Shown here: one piece after another, positions 26,204 through 38,504 of the stretch | Layout: every line of letters begins with the position of its first letter | How positions within the stretch are numbered: the stretch's first letter is position 1 | DNA from: Octopus bimaculoides | Lineage: Eukaryota | Length of the DNA stretch: 64,000 bases | Assembly: GCF_001194135.2 (NCBI RefSeq) | Contig: NC_068984.1 | Span: 18,230,698-18,294,697 of the forward strand | Direction of reading: 5' to 3' | Position numbers and translations under genes: made by a program | The notes under the pieces: generated by a model | Told to the model about the DNA's origin: nothing | The model's input: the letters and a program-made list of their open reading frames with translations, nothing else | Database searches by the model: none

Positions 26204-26584
26204 TAGAAGCGCAATGGCCCAGTGGTTAGGGCAGCGGACTCACCGTCATAGGATCGCGATTTTGATTCCCAGACTGGGCGTTGTGAGTGTTTATTGAGCG
26301 AAAACACCTAAAGCGCTACGAGGCTCCGGCAGGGGGTGGTGGCGAACCCTGCTGTACTCTTTCACCACAACTTTCTCTCATTCTTTCTTCCTGTTTCTGT
26401 TGTACCTGTATTTCAAAGGGCCAGCCTTGTCACACTGTGTCACACTGAATATCCCCGAGAACTACGTTAAGGGTACATGTGTCTGTGGAGTACTCAGCCA
26501 CTTGCACGTTAATTTCACGAGCAGGCTATTCCGTTGATCTGGTCAATTGGAAGCCTTGACGTCGTAAGCGACAGAGTGCCAACA
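26204..26584 (+). mobile_element. SINE family D, full-length, CpG-rich (young)
   Basis: tRNA-like head tggcccagtggttaggg...gattccc; conserved core gtatttcaaagggccagccttgtcacac...aatttcacgagcaggct.ttccgttgatc. Confidence 0.85.
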
Positions 26585-26591
26585 TAAGTAA

Positions 26592-26873
26592 CATCATCAT
26601 CATCATCATCGTTTAACGTCCGCTTTCCATGCTAGCATGCGTTGGACGATTTGACTCAGGGCTGGTGAAACCATATGGCTACACCAGGCTCCAATCTGAT
26701 TTGGCAGAGTTTCTACAGCTGGATGCCCTTCCTAACGCCAACCACTCTGAGAGTGTAGTCGATGCTTTTACGTGTCACCCACACAAAGGCCAGTCAGGCG
26801 GTACTGGCAACGGCCACACTCAAAATGGTGCATTCCATGTGCCACCCGCACAAGAGCCAGTCCAGGGGCACTG
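26592..26873 (-). mobile_element. SINE family B, young copy with about 2 internal repeat units
   Basis: Same sequence as 23451-23662; abuts a family D tail. Confidence 0.85.
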
Positions 26874-26883
26874 NNNNNNNNNN

Positions 26884-26938
<55 letters not shown>

Positions 26939-27333
26939 CATATATATATATAGATACATATATGTATATACACATATACATATATATATATATATACATA
27001 TATATAGATATATGTATGTATATATACATATATATATATACATATATATAGATATATGTATGTATATACACCTATACATTTATATATATATATATACATA
27101 TATATACATTTATATATATATATATACATATATAGACATATATTTAGATACATATGTATATACTCATATATATATATGTATGTATGTATTTACACATTTA
27201 TATATATATATATGTATATACACACACATATATATATATATATATATGCATATATATATATATATAGATATATATATATGCATATATATATATATATATA
27301 TATATAGATATATATGTATATATACATACATAC

Positions 27334-27371
<38 letters not shown>

Positions 27372-27400
27372 ATACACATACACATTTATATATATATATG
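26884..27400. repeat. Compound (TA)n/(TATACA)n/(TG)n microsatellite, about 0.5 kb
   Basis: Direct reading. Confidence 0.95.
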
Positions 27401-28989
27401 CATGTCTGCTCTGATTTATTATCAGCTTCCTTCCTCCGCCGGTCTTTGCCCAGAAGACAAGCTTTATCCAATACTGACATAGGTATTTGTTCTTTTAATT
27501 TGAATCTTTTATTTTTCCTCATTTTTTATACAAAAACACCTCTGGATTTCTAATTTATTTTAAATTGCCAACCCAGTGGGAAATTCTGTTTCAGTAATTT
27601 AGATATGCTGCATCTAAAGATGTACTATTCCAAAGGTTATCGAGCTCGGCCACTCATTTTTACTTTTTATCAAATGTCATTGTGTCATGGAAACATATTC
27701 TCTTGAAGTATTTTCTTTTTCTTATTGATTTATCTGATTGTGGTATTCGCTTATGAATCCTTCTGATCTAAGTATTTCTGGGGGTTTTTTCCATTCATTT
27801 TTTGTTATGGATTCTAACAAATGAAATTCCAGTACACTGTTTCTTAAAAGAAAATATATAGTTTTTTTCTGGGGGTTTTTTTTTTTCTTCCTCCTTTCTA
27901 AATTTTTTTTATACCAAGCAAAAATACTTTTTCCTCAGATGTCCACTATGAAGTAAAAGCAAACATAAAAAAAGTTTTGTTCAGACTCTATTATAAGCTT
28001 GGATGTTCTTTGTGATATTCAAAGTTTAGATACAGTAGTTCATGCTTTTTAATCTAAGTTAGAAAGGACCACATTGTCGCAACAGTATAATGATTGGATT
28101 TCCATCAATGCAGCTTTATAAACATTGATCTTGGGGTTGAGATTCTGAATTAGGAATAATGATTTAGATCTATAAAGGAAAAGACATGAGAATCTTTGCC
28201 ATTCATGGTTTTTCCAAAGAGCCTTAGTTGTAACAACACAAATGAATTAAATGAGTTTTAACTGGGCTTCAAAAGTAGGTCATAGATTCGATTTGATGAG
28301 ACCTTTCTGTCGCACAGCAATTTCACTTGACTCTCTTGAAAGATGGAATGAATGTTGCAAATACTTTGTTTTGCCTTACTAGATATGCATGCACTTATAC
28401 ACCACACACACACAATCAACATCATCATAATTCTTATATTTATATAACATTATCCTTTCCAGTATGGAGTGCAAGAGTCTACAGTATGTTTTATATCTAT
28501 ATATATGTAGATATGTAGATATAAGAATAATGTAACACGAGGATGGAAGATACCAGGCTTTAATAGCAAATCACAACATTTGTGACTGCACTGGGTACCA
28601 GCTTTAAATTGCTGAGTTTACATTTATAAACCACTGTATAAGGTTATTCTTTAGAATTACTATATAATTGAATATTTTTTAAGTAACAACTGTGTGAATG
28701 CATCATTGGGTGGAATGCAATCAAACACTGTGTGTGTGTGTGTGTGTTGAAGGGGTTGAATACACCTAGGGTAACAATAGGTGGAAAGGTAAATGAGTTG
28801 GGAGTGCCTAAGTGGAGGAGGTATGAGATTAGTTGGTTCTGAGTAGCAGAAGACAGCATGCTTGTGGCTCAGAGGCTGGAGCCTGTCCGTAAGTGATTGA
28901 ATTCTAGTCAGTTGAGCAGCATTTTTATGGAAGCAGCCTGGAGTGTCTCTGCATAGCCCGGCACTGTCCCTGTTGTGGGGAATTGTAAG

Positions 28990-29150
28990 TCTTTAGAAAA
29001 TTGCAATGGATATGATTGGCATTAGGAAGGGCATCCAGCCTTAGAAAGCATGCTTAAACAGATGACTAGGGCCTCATGCAGCCAGCTCCTGTCAAACCAT
29101 CCAACCCATGCCAGCATAGAAAACAGACATTAAATGATGTTGATGATGAT
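28990..29150 (+). mobile_element. SINE family B 3' part
   Basis: ggcattaggaagggcatccagc...ccaacccatgccagcat.gaaaacagacattaaatgatg(ATG)n. Confidence 0.7.
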
Positions 29151-30738
29151 CACACACACACTTGAGAAAGAGAAGGGAAAAGAGAGGAAATATATTTATT
29201 TGTTCGTGTTTAAACCCCAGATGGTCCCTGATCAAAAGTGTTCAAGCTGTAACTGTCCTTTCTTCCCTATGTACATCATGACTCATACACTGTTCACTTT
29301 CCTGACTTTTGCACATAATTCTACATACTGTTCATGCACCTTTGATGAGGTGTAGTGCACCTGAGCAGCACCATACACAATAATTTCATTATTATTATCT
29401 TAAGTATCTATACTTATATTATGCTATGTTGTTTCTTTTTCTAAGGCAGTGGAGTGGGATTTTAGGAAGATTTGACTACTATTTCTAGCAAATTGGGTTA
29501 CCATGTAGTCTCTTGTTGGTTCATTTTATGTGATGATGTTTTATCAGGTGTACTCAATATCAGGCTGATTAATTCTGAAGTGCTAACAAAAAATATAGTC
29601 ACTTAGCTACTTTAAGTATATTATTTTCTTCGATTTTTACTGGCAGAAATGGTAATGCACTTGGAGAATTGTCTTAAACTCCTCTTTATGTCTAGACTTA
29701 TAAGTGTTGGTTCAACTAGCTGTATAGATTGACAGAAATAATTTGATGTATTACTGAAAGAAAAAGGGAAAAAATAAAAAAGATCCAGAATTTACAGGAA
29801 TTTTACACTTAGATTCAAACTATGCTGAAGTGCAAGAGAACTAAATAATTTGCTAAGTACTAAAATTATTTCGCTGATTAGCCAATTTGAACTTAATGGT
29901 CATCTTAGTAATACCACACTAATCTTTTTAATTAGCAGTGATTCTTCTTTCTAACAACACTTTTTGTTTCTCAATTAAACTTTGAAAGAATGAACTAAGC
30001 AGCATATTCTGAATAAAGGCAATGGAATCTTCGCAATCTTGTATTTTTTGTTATTCTAAATTATCTTTCGTTCCCTTTCTCTCCCTAAACTTTGTCCTGT
30101 GATAATCACTCCAAGAAATATTTGAATGAAATTTCAAAATATTAAGTGTGTAATGTATTTCGTGTGTGATATATTCTAAGATTTTTATACAAATATTCAG
30201 AACTTCTAAGTCCGCAAAAAAATTTAAATTCATTAAAAGTACTTGTCAATTTATGTTATTCTGTAACTTAGACAAACTAATTATTTTCACAAATTTGCAT
30301 ATATTAACTCCTTTGTGATTAGAAATTGTTCTCTTAAGTTTCAATATAATCAAAAGTTTTGAGATGTTTAGTAAAACTTTAACTTTATATATTGGTGTAT
30401 AACATGACCTGTTTGGTTTTGTTGGTAGTCTCTTGAGTCTAAGAAAGACGGTTCCATAATTTCTTGCTGAATAGCCTACACAGATGATGTGTTTATTGTA
30501 GTCAAATCTTTGTTCCGTACGTAAGCTCATTCTCTCCATCAAATTGACGTTGCCTGCACAGTTTCAGAGTGTGCTACATGTCTGATGTCAAAGTGATGGT
30601 AGAGCAACATGAAATGAAGTGCTTTGCTCAAGAATACAACACACTGCCTTGTCCTGGAATTGCAACCATGATCTTGTGATTATGAGTGCAACACCCTTAC
30701 CACTTGGTCACACACCCTCACTGATCAATTAATTATAT

Positions 30739-30970
30739 TATTGGATTGTCCAGAAAGTTCATGCCGATTTTTAAAGGAAAGAAAAAGGTCAATAAATAAT
30801 TGCCATTACATTTTTAATCAACCAAATATGAACCATTTTGTTGCACAATGCGTCTCCATCTTTCCTTTAACTTGAAAATACCCTCTTCCCAGAATTGAGG
30901 TGGTTTCATGGCAAATAAGTCGAAAGGTAAGTTACTATAAATCGGCACGAACTTTCCAGACAATCCAATA
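30739..30970 (-). mobile_element. Tc1/mariner internally deleted element (MITE) with intact ends
   Basis: 30-bp TIRs at 30741-30770 and 30939-30968 match at 27/30, with TA on both flanks. The minus strand retains a transposase C-terminus (KPPQFWEEGIFKLKERWRRIVQQNGSY). Confidence 0.9.
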
Positions 30971-31251
30971 TAAATGCCAGTCAAATGATATTGTAATGAG
31001 ATTTTGATTGACACTTTAGATTAAATATGAATATTTCCCTACTGGCATTCTCAGCAGAGTTGGTACTAAAAGACTTAAATGCATGTCCTTGAGTGTCTAT
31101 CATATATTTTGTCTTGAATTATTGTTTCTATTTTGGTGTTCATTTCCTTATATATATTTTGGTGTTTATTTCCTTATATATATGAAATATTACTGATATC
31201 AATAAATGATTTGCTAGTAATTTTTATTCTCTTCTGATTTTCATTTTTTAG

Positions 31252-31339
31252 TGGCAAACAAAACCTACGGGTTCGAGAACACAACATCCTTGGCCCCTAC
31301 GTCGATGGACTTTCAACACTAGTTGTATCATCATTTGAG
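31252..31339 (+). CDS. KIF13: Kinesin-3 (KIF13) motor domain, internal exon
   Basis: Acceptor tttttttag-type tract with AG at 31250-31251. Completes the phase-2 Gly codon, then GKQNLRVREHNILGPYVDGLSTLVVSSFE (kinesin-3 L.VREH..LGPYV.GLS motif). Donor GTAAAT at 31340; 88 nt. Not in the ORF track because it is short. Confidence 0.93.
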
Positions 31340-31552
31340 GTAAATACCTTCTATTTTAAACTGTTGCCTGCTTCCCCCCCCCCCATGTCTTTTATTCTTC
31401 AATGGAAGAATTTTTCATTATTATTATTATTAAAGGAATAACTTATATTTTATTCTCCCATGCAATACCATAATTTCAAAAACCTGGCACTCTGTCAGTT
31501 ACAACTATTTGTGTTCCAGTTGATCCAGTCAACAAAACAGCCTGCTCATGAA

Positions 31553-31767
31553 AAACCCTTCTGATACCAAACCACCTCTGGCTCTGTAGTACAAATGTCT
31601 TATTTTCAAAAGTTCTGAATTAAAATCTTCCACCAAACCTCAGTCACAATTTATGTTCCTAATGCTACCTTAGAGATAACTAAGATATTTTACTAAATTC
31701 TTTGTTATATTTAAAATTAATTGAAAGAAACACAGAGCATCTCAACAGAAATATAACAAAAGGATCA
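31553..31767. mobile_element. Related piggyBac-like MITE, degenerate ends
   Basis: Starts aaccctt..gataccaa and ends cagaaata..aaagg. Shares internal blocks with the reverse complement of 13154-13406. Confidence 0.4.
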
Positions 31768-31947
31768 GCATGCACAGTGGCTGAGTACTCCACAGACACG
31801 CATACTCTTAATTCTCAGAGGTTCAGCATGCCATGCCGAATGTGTGAAGGCTAGCTCCACTGAACTACAGATATAACTCATTTGTACCAGCTGAATGGAC
31901 AGGTGCAATATGAAATACCCCTAACCTCTAAACCATGTGCCCTCACC
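31765..31947 (-). mobile_element. SINE family D, reverse orientation, degenerate
   Basis: gtggctgagtactccacagacac is the reverse complement of gtgtctgtggagtactcagccac at about 26480. Confidence 0.65.
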
Positions 31948-32651
31948 TATATATTTATACATAATCCCAATAATCCTTTCAAACACATCAACATTTAAGT
32001 GATGACAAACGCAACCTTGTTGTCATACATTGAACGCTGAAGTAAAGTTATATCAAGTCTGATGTAACTCAGAGTTAATATATTATTTGTATTGAATTTA
32101 TAATTTCAACTACTAAATACATTCAAATAATAATATAATCATACAAAAGGGATATTTATGGAGACACTTATTGAAAGTAATCAGTAATACATTACTTTCC
32201 TTATGTATTAATTCAACGTTTATCATTTAGATTAGACTTATATCATATTAAGTCCTTCTTCTTGTCATGAATTCAGTTTTTCAAACGATTGCTGACAGCA
32301 ACATCTCATGCACAGCTCAAATCGCCACACATATGTTATATGATTTAACTATATATTACACTTTTTGTATATACTCGAAAAGGCTGGATGATCATGGCTG
32401 GAATAACTTCAACAATAAATCTACTTGATTGAGTAAAACTAAGGTTAAAGAACGACAAAGCAACAACTTTATCAGGCATATGTATCTGATTACACATATT
32501 CTCCATGTACAAACGTTAGCTTCACGCTTTGTTTTAGGAAGGGAGATAACTTTCAGAACTGCAATTTATTATCTTTCTTTTAACATGACAAGCTTTTAGA
32601 GCAGTTCAAAGAAATTCTTGTCGAACCGTATGTAGCGTGCGCCTACACGCA

Positions 32652-32693
<42 letters not shown>

Positions 32694-34366
32694 CTTTTGT
32701 CATAATTTCTCAATAGTAATGATTTTAGAGCAAATAAGGTGAGATTAATGTTCAATGGCATGACTTGGCACAAATTTAGCTATCATTATAAAAAATGCAT
32801 TCATATCACATGTAGTGTTCAGCCAGAAAAATGCCATTTTTTATATTTTGAGATTTAGTGAGAAAAATAAGTTAATTTGAAATTACTTTCAGCTGTGTAT
32901 TTTTTTCCTTAGTTTTTTTTTTTCTGTTTTACATAACTGCATTTGTAAAATGCCTTTGGAGTAGCATTTCACGACTTTTTGTTGCGTCTGACATTGTATT
33001 TAAATTACTATTGCCTAAGTCACAGGTATTAGGATCAATCCTTTGTTATATTAATATTTATTATGGATCCTGTATTGTGATACGCTACTATTAATGCCCT
33101 CTTCACAGGTGATGTTGGCATAATTCAATATTGCAGCTTCTTCTTATTAATCTCTATTACAGCCACACTGCTAGAATTACTACTGTACAAACTATCTGTG
33201 CCAGGACGGAGTGGCTGGGAAAAGAATGATTGCTTGACAGTCTTTGCTTAGAAATGTGTTTAAACAAAGTCTATGAAATTACTGGAGAATCATTAGAGAA
33301 ATACCTACTGTATTGATTAGACCAACTCTGATTTTCTCTCATCACACATACACACACTATTTTGATTGCTATAGTCTGAGATAATTTTTAGATGCAATAT
33401 TTCTACATATGTAAACTTCCTGCCACTACATTTGAAAGAACGTTATTAATTGGGGACTGAATTCATAAGACACAGTAAAAGACAGTTTCCAGTGGTATAG
33501 TTGACCTTAATGTTGCCTGGAACCCAAATTTTAACTTAAGCGTTTATTCTTTCCAGATAGAATTTTAACTTAAACTCCATTGGGATCATTTTGTCTTTCA
33601 GCTGTTTGTTATTGTAGTAGTAGTAGTAGTTGTTGTTGTTGTAATGCTGAGGAATTGTCTCGGTGAACAGATTGCAGATAGTGCGACAAAAATTTTGACA
33701 CCAAATAATATATGATTGAGTTAACAGTTTTCGTATGTTTTTAACCGGCTAATATTGTCTTCCGCACAGTAATTGCTTTAGTTTCAGCGTATGGTCTCAG
33801 ATCAAATCAGTTGCCAGACAAGCACATCTCCAAAATAATAATGATCATAATAATGATAATAACTATAATAACTAACTTTAATTCTCAGGTAGAGATCTGG
33901 CCAGTAACTAAAATTCCCCCCAAAGTAAAGCTAAAATATAAAATATAATATTTTTTCTACTCTAGGCGCAAGGCCCGAAATTTTTTTTTTGGTGGGGGAG
34001 GCAGTCAATTAGATTGACCCAGTATGTAACAGGTACTTAATTTATCATAAAACATAATAATGATGATAAAGGTGTGTGATAAAGAAGAAAAAAGTTGCTA
34101 AATATGGCAGGTTAGCTTGGGAGGTTAAACAGTTGTGGCCACTGAAAAAGGAGGTTATAAGACTAATATTTGTTGGAGTCTGAGGAACAATAAGTAAAGA
34201 TCTTGAGAAGTCTATTGAATGAATATGAGTTGTAATACAAATGGAGCACTTACAGAAAACAGCACTGCTTGAATACTCCAGAAAATAAAGGGTCTTTCCT
34301 TGTTCACAGGCAGTAAAATCTGACACTGCAATACATCTCCAGTATTAGAAGCTGATCAAAGAAAAC

Positions 34367-34408
<42 letters not shown>
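34367..34408. repeat. (AAT)n microsatellite
   Basis: Direct reading. Confidence 0.9.
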
Positions 34409-37400
34409 CAGGCATGTATCAAGATAATTTCAGTAAATGTACCTCACCTCAAACATGTGAGAAAGATGCAGAGAATATTTGTCTTATTTGTTAAAATCTG
34501 TTTTCTCGTCTCTGGTTGTCACTATTTTCAAAGGTTCCTCTCCCTGACATGATGATCAGCTTTGTTGAAACACATATTTTCATTTCCCTGAATATGTTAG
34601 AATATATTGTGGAAAGGTCAACTCTAACATTTTTACATGAATGGAATCTCCGCTGAAACAAGCTTTTCTAACCTCTTTGTAATTCCATCAATAGAATAAC
34701 CATTTGCAGGTGCATTTTCAATTGTTATTTTATAAGAAGATCAGAAGAAAATGGAAAAAAAATATCACTTCATGAAACAAATTTGTGTTTTAGTTAGAAA
34801 ATGTTTGTTTCATTTCATCCTACTAGCTTTTGTCTTTGATACAAGAAGCTTATTACTTTTTCACCTAATGTCTTAAGTTCCAAATATTTTTGTCGTGTTA
34901 TGGGTTCCTCAACAGAAGTTCAATGTTGCAATTAAAATAACTGAATGGCTTCAATGCAAATGGATGTAAGATTTTATATTCTGGGGAGAATTTAGCCAAG
35001 AGATTTACACCTCAAGTTTGGCACAGCCAGGACTGTGTGGGAAGTTTAGTACAGCAGTTTGCATTCCAGGCAAACTATGGTTCCACATTGAAAAACACAA
35101 CTCCGATTGGAACTAGTTCCAAATATTTAAATCATTTATTGGAAAAATTATGTCTTGAATATTTTAACTCTTCTGTCTATTTGTAATAAAAACTAAATAT
35201 TCTTCTATCACAATCAGTTATGAATTGGCAATGATAACAATAGTGTTGACATTGTTTGTTGCTGTCTTTGTCATCGACATCATCATCATAATAATCGCCT
35301 TTCTCGTCATCATTGTTCACATTGTTAATCGATGTCATTATCATGGTTGGTCATGATTTATGAAATTTTAGCTCTTATCATGAATAAATTTTATACGTTT
35401 CAAAACTGATATTGAATTCGGTACATTTACAAATGTTTTTGTAAGCAATTATCTCGCCGAACTGAAGATATTGTTCAGAATAATATAGAAGATATTTCAA
35501 CCTATCAGAAACTAAAGAGGAAATAATTATTATTTTCCAACATTCGCAAGTTAATTGATAAGAACTTCATTCTAGCTGCAAGGAAGCTAAACGACTTTGT
35601 TGCTTTAACGCCTCATTGATTGTAGCTGCCAAAGTATTATTCCAAAGATTTAGATATGTTCTACAGGAAATCTGGAAATTCTGTTCTCCAATAAACAACA
35701 TTTTATGGATATTCTGTTGTTTAAATGTAAATGCTAATCGATTTAGGACATGAGTGTGCCCTAAACACATTTTTCCAACGCTAATATATGAAAATGGTTG
35801 TTGAAATGTCAATAAAGATAATGACAATGATTATAACGAAAATTTATATTATATAAATGCAGGTATACAGAAAGAGAGAGACGCTCTACTACGCATTAAT
35901 GTAGCCTCCACTAACATAGTAAAACAGACATTAAAATAATAATGACTCTGGTGATTTTTTAAAATACACAAACTATTTTATGTGTAAGTTTAATGCATTT
36001 TCAGTCTATCAACACCATCATCACTGTCATCATTATCATCATCATCATCAACTAAAACTGCAACTCTGTTATTGGTGTAGCAGTATTTCACATTCCTAAT
36101 AATATGTATTTGCATTCCTCAGTTGAGATGTCACTCAATTAGGGCCAATTATTTCTGTGAAGATAGACTTTTACTGAAACTAGCAACCCTCGTGCATGTT
36201 AATTAATTTTCTTCTTAGCATCTACCTAATGAAATCAGTGGGGGGAAAATATAAATCCAGATGGGAAATAAGCTTCTGATTTTGTGACATTCACTATTGA
36301 TTCTTATTTGAATTTTCTTATAACTGATTTATTTCCCTCTCCATCTACCCATCCACTCCTACCTTCAGACTTCTTTTTCATTTATTGGATATTAATTAAC
36401 GAGTGGGAGTACTTTTCTATTCACATGTACTTCCCTTCTCAGTAATCCAATATCATCATCATCATCATCATAAACGTTTTTTTTTTTTTTTAATAAGCTC
36501 CAGATAAGTGAAGTGCTTCACTTAGAGGCAATTTCGATTTTCTGTATAGGTATAAAGTCACACACATATATATGTATGTATGTATGTATAGCAAAATGTA
36601 CCTAGAATGCATTGCTCTACATGGCTTTAGTCATGATGCTTAAAACAAACTAAAGAGCATATAGAAAGGGGAATAACAAGTTAGAAAAAAAATCAATAGT
36701 TTTCCCAAGGGCTGGAAACAGCCCCAAAATAAAATAAAATAAAAAGCAAATTCTAATCAAACTGGAAGCCTTTATCAATCCATTCTTATTTCATGTCCTT
36801 AATTTCCATAATTCTCTCTGACTACTGCCTCGTTACTTTGACAAAGTAAACCCCTCTGATCCACCCACAATACACATACAGTTTGTTTAAGTTGGCTGAT
36901 TACAAACCTATCTATACTGACTGTCATGCCTGTGATCATCCTTTCTTTTGTGTATCCCTCACATCTCCTGAACTGGCAAACTATTCTCTGCAGATATTTT
37001 TACAGAAAGAATATGAATTTGCTGTTCAAAGAAAGAATAGAACCTATCGTTTATGGGAAAATATTCCTACCTCTATTTATGCCAATCAACAATATCTTTT
37101 TCATTCAGTTGCAGCCTGTTTTGCTGACAGACCACGTTTACATATAGCTAACAAGTGCCCCTCCCCTCTCTCTCTTATTTTTTTTTAAACAGCATCTCCT
37201 TTATTCATCAACCCAAATGGCTTTGTCAGCAGATTTTTTGCTATAAAGGAAAACTAACTCATTTAGTTCTTTCCTTTCTAAGTATAAAGGGTCCTTTTCA
37301 GTACAATCTCCCTCCTTCCTTCTATTCAAAGAACTATCCTTGATTCTGTTGTTTCCAAGTTTGTGTATTCCTTTTCTCTTTACTTTCTCCACCCTTTTAG

Positions 37401-38320
37401 TCTCTCTCGTCCCCAAATATGACTCTTTCAAATTATCCTTAAATCTTCGACTTTCAATTAACTTCCACTGAAGGTACCCCGTTTGAAATATGTACTCAAC
37501 TGCACTAACCTCCAACCGGTTCCTTTCCTCTAAATATATCAAGGTGTCAGTTATATTTTGCAATATTGCTTGATTGGTGTGTTGCCAGTTTAACTGAAGC
37601 CTAATGTTATACCCTTATAATGTTTTGTCAACAGTTTTACATTGCACACAACTAAGTCAAGAATTACCATTGTCACTGAGCACTTTTAGAGAAGTTCCAT
37701 ATTTACACACCAAAGATTTGCAGTGAGTTCCACAAAAAGAATAGTACTTACTGGTTCTTTTGAATATCTGCAGACCTTAGGAAAATGTCCCCCCACCCTG
37801 CTGCTTTTTCAACACTTGCAACAAATAATATCTGTTGGCTGGACATTACATGGCCAGCTGATATTTTTTTTATTTTTAAGTAACTGAAATATCATTATAG
37901 GTATTGCACTCAAATAATTTGAAAATTTTCTAGAGGAATAGAGTTCACCCGGAGTTGCAGATAAAAAGTAATTAGTTCCATCGATTGTAGCTTTATACAA
38001 AGACAAGCAGCTAGTGCAGCAGGGTGCATGCACCGCAAGAACTGTGTGCATCACCAAGAAGTTTTCAGGTCAGGGTTCACATTTCTTGCTGACAGTTGTA
38101 ATTTTAGTAAATTGAATTTGAAACAAGAATAACTCAAGGTGAAAGTAAATTTAAATCAAGCTGTAATTTACTCAGTTCTACTTGCATTCTCTAATAGACT
38201 ACAGACAAGTTTAAAAAGGTATTTATCACAGCAGTGACAGCTATTAAATACAGCATCTTGTGGCAATTCAGCCATTTCTGTTCTTATTGCAATACATTAT
38301 TTACATTAAATTATTACAAT

Positions 38321-38504
38321 ATCATCATCATCATCGTACATCCGCTTTCCATCCTAGCATGGGTTGGACGATTTTACTGGGGACTGGCGAACCGGATGGC
38401 TACACCAGACTCCAATCTGATCTGGCAGAGTTTCTACAGCTGGATGCCTTTCGTAACGCTAACCACTCCTAGTGTAATGGGTGCTTTTTATGTGCCACCG
38501 GCAC
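38321..38504 (-). mobile_element. SINE family B 3' part
   Basis: (CAT)n..ccgctttccatcctagcatgggttggacg...ctacagctggatgcc. Confidence 0.8.

Noticed and set aside
26204-26280. tRNA-like sequence with A and B boxes (also at 59884, 51121 and 1640)
   Set aside because: These are SINE heads. They continue into shared SINE bodies, have degenerate B boxes and lack a complete cloverleaf.
26629-27553. Many ORFs rich in YIYI, HTHT, CVCV or LSLS
   Set aside because: They are translations of (TA)n, (CA)n and (CT)n microsatellites.
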